A stretch of DNA of 59,869 nt from the NCBI GenBank assembly GCA_012026655.1, contig JAAILG010000231.1, positions 62,001-121,869 of the forward strand, written 5' to 3'. Position numbers and translations under genes: made by a program. Of the stretch, positions 51,151-59,869 are shown one piece after another. Within the stretch, counting starts at the first letter, position 1, and each line of letters opens with the position of its first letter. The DNA is from Hydrolagus affinis. Its lineage: Eukaryota. The notes beneath the pieces are model-generated. The model had not been told where the DNA came from. It searched no databases and saw only the letters and a program-made list of their open reading frames with translations.

Positions 51151-51425
51151 TTAATGATAATAGTTGCATTTGATATACTGCTTTATCATGTCGTTCAGAT
51201 GTCTCAAAGTGCTTCAAGGAATATACTATAAACTGAATCGATTGTGCATTTGGGGGTCAAACGCAGCAGCCAATTGGGGCGAAATGCAGCAGCCAACTGC
51301 GGGCAAAACTCAGCAGCCAGTTGCCACAAACAGTTGTAGATTGAGTGACCAATTTATCATTTATTTATTATTGAAATAATTATTTCCCCCAGAAAGCAAT
51401 CTGCCAATCAACTATCATTTGGTGC
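51151..51425 (-). mobile_element. SINE 3' portion
   Basis: TTGCATTTGATATAC...CCACAAACAG...GAGTGACCAA...GAAAGCAATCTGCC family blocks. Confidence 0.75.
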
Positions 51426-51454
51426 AGTTTACAGATGTGAAATACTGCACTTAC

Positions 51455-51521
51455 CTTCACTGCTCTTTTTGGTGTTTCAGCAAGGATGGGAGGAAAGATC
51501 CCTTTGTAATAGCCAAAAAAT
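51455..51521 (-). CDS. SLC25A21: SLC25A21 exon (67 bp), most 5' exon found in the window
   Basis: TAG|(G)FFGYYKGIFPPILAETPKRAVK|GTAAGT. Upstream exons were not found and presumably lie beyond 59869. Confidence 0.93.
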
Positions 51522-51669
51522 CTATCGCAGGAAAGTACAAATATACAGCATTTTATTTTCAAATGAATGCAAACAATTTTCAAAGCACATACAAGTAAAT
51601 TTGAAAAAAAAGTTATAATTATGGTATTTTTAAAATTAATTTCCAATTTGGAAATGCTCCAGTTTCCAG

Positions 51670-51912
51670 TTTGTCTCCTCTGATCCACTATCCGTGGCTG
51701 TATTTTCAGCCACTAAGCCCCAAAACTCTAGAACTCTGCCTCAATCCTCCGCCTACTGCCAATATTCAGATCGCAGCTGAAGATCTTCTTCTTCGACCGC
51801 GCCTACAGTTACCTCCCCTCTCTCCACAGCTCGGCATCAAGCTCCGTCACTGTGAAGCACTCCGAGATGCTGCCCTATGAGAAGGGCGCTGTATAAATGC
51901 AAATTGTTGTTC
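51670..51912 (+). mobile_element. L2 LINE 3' end
   Basis: Degenerate ORF2 end (STIRGCIFSH*APKL*NS) and tail GGCGCTGTATAAATGCAAATTGTTGTT. Confidence 0.7.
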
Positions 51913-52099
51913 TTGCATGTTCAGTTGATTATATTCTCTGAAAAAAAACTGAATCCACCTGAAGACAGTATCTACAGTACTGTATTATGTGCTGGTTGGG
52001 ATGGAATATTGCCTGTGGGTGAGTGGAGAAGAAGTATTGAACAACCTTCTGACCCAGTACCATTTGGTGAGCCAATCTGATATATTTATCATGGATAAG

Positions 52100-52253
52100 G
52101 AGGAAGTCACCCCAAATCCCCTCCTCTCCCTCCACCCCCGCCCCACCCCATTCCTGACTACAGCTCGGATCTGAAACATTGACTGTCCACTGCCTTGGGA
52201 CATCCTCCCGACGTGAAAGGCACTATAGATGTGTAATTTTGTTGGTGTTGTTG
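52100..52253 (+). mobile_element. L2 3' UTR/tail
   Basis: Homologous to the reverse complement of about 7505-7640. Confidence 0.7.
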
Positions 52254-53509
52254 ATAAGTCAAATGGAAGGATCTCATTTCATACCTTCTTATGTTCTTTT
52301 GTCTGATTGGTCAAAAGACATGTCATACCAATAAGTTATGACCATGGGAAGTATTATGAATGTATTATTAATATGTTTCTGTTGAAAACAAGACACTTTT
52401 TGACCAGTAGATATTTTTTGTTTTGCAGCTAAGGAAAATATAATCTAGATAGTTACTTGGGGAAGTAATCTTTGTACAGACAGTCACAGGTGAAGGGGAA
52501 AGTACTGCAAATGGCCTAAGTCATATAATGGGTACCAACGATCTCTTAATACAGAACTTGGGGGGGAAACACAAGACTGTATTCACTCAAAACCTCCAGC
52601 AATAAGTGGAGGAGTGACTTATAACTCACAATGCCGGAAGAGAAGTCAACAGATGATAAAACTACCTGTACAAAGGCCAGATCTTTTGAGACGAACATGT
52701 CTAGACAGTAGTGTTTTGTGAAATTATGGACAGTACTGCTGTGGGTTACAACTGAAGAATACATCAGTTGATGCAACAGATTGCTGGTTGACCACAGGGG
52801 AATGTCCATGCCCTATGAGAGGGATTTATTTCTCAGATTCCTTTCATAATCAAGGTACTGAAATGACTGCGCTGAATAGCACCCAAGCATGAATACATTG
52901 TTGAAATGTCAATATTGAGAGATATGAGCAGCTTACACATTCCAGTGGATCAGGTTCTTCCCTACACAGGTAGTGGTGCAACGTCCCTGAAATGTTATTC
53001 AGCCGAGTATTCAAAATACATTCCAGTACACTGATACCAATTTATAACCAATGGAAGTCATCAGTAATTTTATTTCAAACATCTGTTTTCTGAGGAGTGA
53101 TATTATTCTGGTAACTGTTACTATTGTTATTGCCAGCACTATCTTCTGACTCAGAGAGCAGCACCATGTGGCAACTCTGCAAGCTCGGAGATTAGTTAGA
53201 CAGCATTGATTTTTGGTGTGGCATTTCTCTTTCCAATTTTCTGTCATGTCAGGGTAGGAGCAAAGGAGGAGGTTTGAGGATTTTATTTCCACCACACAAC
53301 AGAGCTGCTACGAGCATTGGTCAAATCAGGATCCATATTAGCTTTCAAGATCAATATCTAAAAGAAGCAATTTGCAAAGATGTGTGGAAATGGCAGATTG
53401 ATGGACTGCTTTTTCAAAGAGTCAGTGTAGACAGAATGGCCCAAATTGTTTTCAACTGTGCTGTTTTTTTTAGTGACTCATGCTAAATTATGATTTCACA
53501 TACACTGAC

Positions 53510-53715
53510 AATCCTTTGGTGTGCTACCCATTCTTCAGGCAGGAATCTAGTCAGTGAATGAATGCTGTCAGGCTACTCAAGTGTGATTGCATTATACTGG
53601 AGCCAGTAGTGACTGACATTTTTCACCTTGGGTTCCGGGATAGAAATCAAAAACAGAAATTCTAAACACTATTTTCCCCCACATCCCTTATGTAGGGTAA
53701 CTAAAGTCAATTGAA
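53510..53715 (-). mobile_element. old LF-SINE-like fragment
   Basis: CCATTCTTCA...CTAGTCAGTGA...CAGGCTACTC...CAATTG blocks resemble the LF-SINE reverse complement (from memory). Confidence 0.45.
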
Positions 53716-54493
53716 TATGCTTTCTCTTATTACGAATGTTCCTTAAACAATTGTGGCATTGGTTGGACAGTTGGTTGGTAAGAAATCAGCGCCCAAACAT
53801 ACTTCAAAGAACTTCTTCACTGACAATCTTCATGAATTATATTTGTAACTAATGGTAATGAGACTTTTAATACAGATAACTCACTTTTCCAGCAAACTGG
53901 CACCTAGAGCCAATAATATGATGATGCGTCCAGTACAAAGAGAATACAAAATCAAACAGGGTGAAGCATGTTGGATAGTCCCATTTGAGGAAGTGAAGCA
54001 TAACTATGTGTAAGTTAATATGATTGGATAGTTTTAAAAAAAGTATAGGTGGTCTAATACCTCCCAAGGAGCTTTTCCAAGCTGTTGGCTGACACTCACA
54101 TTATTTGAAGGCTATGCAAAGTTAGAGAGTTTTGTACTGTAGATTGGCAGGATTGTGTTCTCTAGTGAGATTCCCTTAGTTGTGGGTTTTGGCGATAGAT
54201 TATTCATTGCTAAAATGAGAAACTTCCTCTATGAAAGGCTTCTGTGCAGTTTCTACCATCTACCACTGTTATGACTTGGACACAAGCCATGACTTGTTCT
54301 GTTAGATGGATATGGATATCTGGTGTGAGGGCCTTTACACAGGGCAGAAAATAATATATTGAAAAAGTCAGTGAATTAAAAATGAAAACCCCCAAACTAC
54401 CAGTTAGATGATATTTTTCAAGCTGTTTACAAAAACCAGATGTCAGTTTACTTTCTTTTTCATGCTACATCCATGAACCTCATCCATTTCCAT

Positions 54494-54818
54494 TAATAAT
54501 AATAATCCTTGCATTTGATATAGCACTTTTCACATCTTATCGACGTCCCAAAGTGCTTCACATGATATGGTGTAAAGTGAATTGACTGTATATATTTGTG
54601 GGTGAATCGCGGCAGCCAATTGCGCACAGCAGTGTCCCACAAACAGTCATGGATTGAAATGACCAATTTTATTATTGTGGTTTTTTTGGACGGATTATTA
54701 TTAGGCATGTGGAGTAAGGAAACTTGCCCAAGGTTTTGCCTTGACCTGCCTGGATTTGAATACAGGTCTCCCCAGCTTACAAGACAAGTGCTCTAACCAC
54801 TAAGCCACAGGAGCTCCG
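54494..54818 (-). mobile_element. tRNA-derived SINE
   Basis: Head TGTGGCTTAGTGGTTAGAGC on -, family body and (ATT)n tail. Confidence 0.85.
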
Positions 54819-56825
54819 TTGTGGAGCACATGGAAACTTTTAGTGGAAGAGACTAACAATTTTTGACACTGAAAATAAGGTGAACGATCTGTGGAAAATA
54901 AACAATTACAAGCTGAAGTCTTTTTCCTCCCAGTGTTCTTGACAGATATGAAAGCTTACAATAATTTTCTTTGAAGTTACCTTAACTTATAACTGATGAA
55001 TTTTGGATTCTAATTTACAAATGCAATTACTGACAACCCAAACAGTGAATTGCCAAATGGAATGAGGTTGAGGAGCAATTTGAGAGCCAGAACCGAGGAG
55101 ACAAGCTTTGCCAAATTGTTTCTCTTCGAGTGATCAACTGTTCACCACATACATGTACATACAGCAAAGGTATAGAAAATCTTCACGTGTGAGTTATGGT
55201 AATGGTACCCCGTATTTATGAACATGACTTTGAGCAACTTGAATAATCACCTACAAAATGCAGAACCACTGCACTTTTCACCAGATGCTGCACTTTGAGA
55301 CGTATAATAACATTAAACATTGCATTTGATATAACGCATTATCACATCGCCGAGACACCTCAAAGCATTTCACAGAATATACTGTAAAGTGAATTAACTA
55401 TAAATTTTGTGGAACAGAATATTTTCCCATTGTGAAAATCACTAGATCAAATGCAAAGGGGGCCTTGTTTAAATCTTGAAATGTTGTGAACCTTAAAACT
55501 GAAGAAAGTAAAAGAAAGTACTTTTACATAAAATGTAAAAGAACCCTCCTCCACATCACTCAAGGTAAGATTCTGTTACGCTTATATCTTGTTACTGGGT
55601 TGCTTTGCAGAAGAAAAATAGACCGTTTGTTACAATCAAAGGTTAAAAATTTAGGTCTGTGTCCTGATCAATTTATATAAAATGGAGTCTTTATAAGTGA
55701 AGTAATTGGTAAGATTTTAACTGAGAGGCCAATGAAATTCATAGGAAATGTGAATAAAAGAGTTGAGAGCATTACTGCAGTGTCAAAAGAAGTAGATCAG
55801 GATAAAAGCAGCCTGCTTTGAAATATTTACTCCTGCCACACCTAGGAGTGTAAAAGAAAGAAAGTTCTTAAAGAACATTTTTCCACCAATGTATATATGA
55901 AGCTTTCATTGTCCTGAAATATGAAATGAGGAGCGTTCACACAAAAGGAAACAAATCGCATCATAGCTCATTGTGGGAACTGGGGTGTGTGTCTATTTGA
56001 GCACTTGTTACTTTTCAGGTTTTTTGATGCAGTTGTGTTCGTTGACAATCTGCAAGTTCAGGTATTTTGCAACACTGTCCAATTCCATTATAATAATAAC
56101 AATCCTTGCATTTTATGTAGCGCCTTATCATGTCTTCGAGACACTTCAAAGCCCTCACAGAATATTCTGTACAGTGAATTATCCTCCATTCTTGCAAATG
56201 GATATTTTAAGAATCTGAACTCAAAGGAAGTGGATCCTGGTTTTGAAATAATGTTAAAAAAAATTATGTTATATACAGTACTTCAACAGGGTGAAACCTA
56301 TACTCCACCTAGATCAGGAATGGCAAACAAAGTGGAATTGTGATCCAAAGATACAGATGAAACTCAAAGCAGTTTAGTGGGAAGTTACAGTGATGTATTA
56401 CCAGACTACTATCCTATCACTAAATGATTTAGTGAATGTTTAAAAGGAACTTGTGGCTAGAAATTGCAGTTCACAACAAGTTACAAATAGTCCTTACTCA
56501 AATAAGAATGATCAGCACGATCACTTCATGAAGGTTTTGGCTCACGTTTCCATTGAATAGTGTAAACTTTTATGGTCATGTTATATGCTGAGCTACTGTC
56601 ATGAACTTTGAGAGAATAGAATGAACCAAAGCTGTGGTATCACTCGTCCGCCTCTTATTCACTGTGAAGTGATTATAACACTCATAAAATAATACTTGAA
56701 TGATAAGTGAGTGCCAAATATTATTTAATAGATTCTTGGCCAGGAAATCAGAAGAAACACCCATTTCTTTTCGAACAGTGTCATGGTATCTTTAATGTCC
56801 ACCTGAACAGGCAAATAGTACCGTA

Positions 56826-56969
56826 ACAAAAACAAAAGTTGCTGGGGAAACTCAGCAGGTCAAACAGCATCCATGGAGAAAGGAAAAAGAGTCAACGTTT
56901 CGGGTCTACAATCCTTCGTCAGGACAGATTGTTTCAGATTCCCAGCAACTGTAGTATTTTGTGTTTTGT
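56826..56969 (-). mobile_element. Penelope-like short insertion with 13-bp target-site duplication
   Basis: TSD AAATAGTACCGTA (56813-56825) and AAACAGTACCGTA (56970-56982). Homologous to 50930-51150, with the terminal 40 bp or so inverted. Confidence 0.8.
56891..56925 (-). ncRNA. minimal type-I hammerhead ribozyme motif (PLE-associated variant)
   Basis: Minus strand reads GUC-CUGACGA-A-GGAUUGUAGACCC-GAAAC-GUU-GAC: both core boxes, stem I GUC/GAC, an imperfect stem II and a palindromic ACGU stem III. Confidence 0.6.
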
Positions 56970-59699
56970 AAACAGTACCGTACTTCGGTTTAACATCTCA
57001 TCCGAAGGAAATAGAAACGTTATGGGATTTCTGCAACGGTTTTGAATTGATGAAGATGAGGCTATTTCTAAGGGAGATGTGAATTCCCGGGCTTTAACCT
57101 GGGCTTAATGTTTTTTATTTGTTTAATTTAAAAAAATTATTATAAATATTATAATATAGTATATAAATATTATTATCTGTATCACCCAGCATTAAATTGG
57201 GATTAAGGCTTAATTCTGTTTTTTGTTTCATTGATGATTTTTTAAGAGTAATTTTCTGTTAGCAAAGCCAAAAATGAAATCCAATGTTAAGTCAAACAAA
57301 TAAAGACATTTGTGGAGAACGGGAATCAAAATTTTATTGCCAATTAGTCTAATATATATATATCTATAAATACATAGATGAATTGAATCTCTGCTGGTTA
57401 TAGAATTTCTCATTCATAAAGTTTGACAATCTCATTATGCTTTACTTCTACGTCTTGATACTTAGCAGGTGGGTTAATCATGCTGAGGTATTTGGTTTGT
57501 GCACCTCTACTTAATGCTTGCAAACTTTTGTGTCAAGAGACCTATGCAATTCTGTTTATTCATTGTCCCAAACAAGATCAACAAGCTCAATTATGCTTTC
57601 CTTCTTTCCTATCTAAACTGGCTAAGCAATCAAATTGCAGTGAATTAGTCTCCCAACTGATATTCTCTAATAAATATAATATAAGCCTTACATTTGATTC
57701 TGCAGTTAAAGAATGCTATTAGAAATCATCATGTTTTTGACTCCATGGTCAAATGAATTAACATAGTGGTTTGTACCAATAGATTTGTTGGGACCAGAAA
57801 TGGAAGATGGGTGTTATAGATTGTTCCATTTTGATCTTCCTCAGGGATGTGACTTTATCATTAAAAATGATGATCAAAGCAAAAATCATACTACTCAGCA
57901 CAAAAATATTACAATACAAAATTGTATTTGTATAGCACCTTTTATGTTGGGAGGACATCCCAAGGAGCTGGGAAACAGTTACTGAAAACCATGGCCATCA
58001 GTCTGAGATGAAACAATATTTCTAGTATTCAGCACAAATGGCAATGCAACTTCCCCAAAGATGTTTTACTTTACAAGAATTTGTTAGCTGCTATACATCG
58101 CAGTCACAAGGTTCGTCTGGCACAGAAGGGCAATGACCCATGAATCCATTCCCTTTTTTTTCAATGGATAGAATTGCCATTCTTCTAATAACTCAGAAGT
58201 ATGTTACTTATCATTTCCTAGTCACATTTCATACAGTAAAAACAGAATATTGTCTTACGTAAGTTATGGAGAAAGGAAAACACAAGTGATAAAGGTAAAT
58301 ATCACTGTGTGCCTTCAGCACACCCCTTCCCCCCTCAAAAAAATCTTTAGTAGTATTCAACTGCTCAGGTGCTATTGAAGTTATCTAAGGCTGAAATGAG
58401 ATTCATTGTGAATGGATTAATATTGTGGATGCAGACATAAGAAAAGCCTTACTGATAGAGAGAATGATAAAAGATTCCTTTGACATGGAAAAATAGATAA
58501 AATCCTGTATCTCTTCATCAATCGTCTCCTGTTATAATCTGGGTGAATTGTAAAAAACAAATCCCACTAACCCTGCTGTAAACAAAGAATGCTATGCTTA
58601 ACATTACGGTCATCACAAGAGCAACAGCAAGAGGCTGAAGTTTTGTAACATCATTGCTTAATGCTTAATGAGCAGAGGGGAAATTGAATAAGAATCCAGC
58701 TGCAATAGAGTGAAAAGCCAGTAATGAGTTTAACTGAAGGTGCTGTTTGCCCCAGTGTACATTTCAAACATAAAGAATCACATAATTGAGAGATTTACTA
58801 TAACCAATTTAAATACCAATAGATTTTCCGCATCTGTCTGTGCCCAATGCCCATTACCATTAACTCTCCATTATGTGGAGAATGACCTATTTAGTGTCTA
58901 TGCTATCTCTCTGGATTTGATTGCCAGTATAGGTTCAAAAGAGTCATTCCCCTCAACAGCAGTTTTTTTTGTTAGAAACTGCAATTGTTTTAAAAACATT
59001 TTTAGTGGCTTCCATTCATCACCTGCAAGCAACAAAGCAGTAACTTGATATATGACAAATATTACAAGCTGAATGGCTGCTGTGCATTATTGATGAGGCC
59101 CTGCTTGCTCTTGATAGGAAACTGTCAATGAAGGATTGCTGTGCAAACAGAGGTGTGAGAAACTTGCACGCAATAGCCTGTCACCACATGTGTGAATGGA
59201 GGCATTTCCAGGGGACATTAGCTGTTATCTTAAGGTACAAGCCACTAACAGTGATATTAATGCACAACAAAAAACTCATGATACTTTGGTATGCATGATC
59301 ACTTGATGGTGGTTTCCCCTAAGTGTACCTCATTCTCGTTGTGGATCACCTGAGGCCAAGCTGTCCACACACTTTCCTTCAGAAACCACGAGGCAGAAAA
59401 AATCTAACAACCCAAGCAGTAAAGTGTAACAAAACAATCATTATCTCATTTAGCAAGCAGCTAAACCATTACAGTCGGTCGAGTTCACTGAGTGAACTGA
59501 ATTTCATCCTAAACAATAGCTGATTAGTTCTCCTGCCACAGGAGCAATTTTTATTTCATATGGTCAACCCTAGCTGATTTTTTGGAATTGTTAGATAAGT
59601 AAAGGATGTGTCTCTTCTGCATTCTCCTGCTCTTTATTTCTCATGTGACCAGCAAGTCACCCAACTGATGCTTTCACTTGTCTACACTGATAGATCAGC

Positions 59700-59869
59700 A
59701 GAATACACTGAGAATAGGTCACCCCTTGATCAAGCCAGCGCCTCCGCACATCGGGCGCTGCCAGCCTCAACATCCAAGGCTGCACTCTCCACCTCACGAA
59801 GCCAATCAGGAACCTCGGCATCATGTTCGATCAAAAACTTTCCTTCCTCCCCCACATCCGCGCCTTAAC
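59700..59869 (+). mobile_element. L2 LINE fragment running off the window end
   Basis: IRNLGIMFDQKLSFLPHIRAL, a post-RT L2 ORF2 motif. Confidence 0.8.

Larger units (their letters stand above)
56735..57010 (-). mobile_element. Deu-domain SINE hosting a nested insertion
   Basis: AGTGTCATGGTATCTTTAATGTCCACCTGAA and CGGTTTAACATCTCATCCGAA are contiguous Deu-domain blocks separated by the insert. Confidence 0.75.

Noticed and set aside
52546-52809. SYKSL motif suggesting the missing upstream SLC25A21 exon
   Set aside because: Flanking residues do not fit a carrier repeat and no matching phase-2 donor is evident.

Overview
Vertebrate developmental-gene locus with the conserved order NKX2-8(Nkx2.9) (-), PAX9 (+), SLC25A21 (-). 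The repeat content (L2 and CR1 LINEs, Deu-domain and tRNA-derived SINEs, LF-SINE-like copies, palindromic Penelope-type termini) and short introns suggest a cartilaginous fish, possibly a chimaera; this is inference. NKX2-8 is complete (2 exons, 251 aa). PAX9 has 4 coding exons (346 aa if exon 3 is spliced in frame). The last seven coding exons of SLC25A21 are present and its 5' exons lie beyond the right edge. A 100-N gap sits in PAX9 intron 1. Main leads: (1) a minimal hammerhead-ribozyme motif in a short Penelope-like insertion with a target-site duplication at 56.8-57.0 kb, plus a decayed palindromic sister copy at 51 kb; (2) PAX9 exon 3 has no in-frame AG acceptor as written; (3) an orphan minus-strand TATA/first-exon/donor unit at 17.2-17.4 kb; (4) a pre-miRNA-sized hairpin in a SLC25A21 intron; (5) apparently overlapping PAX9/SLC25A21 3' ends; (6) candidate Gli/Sox and Hox enhancers. 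All calls were made by eye, with no database searches.
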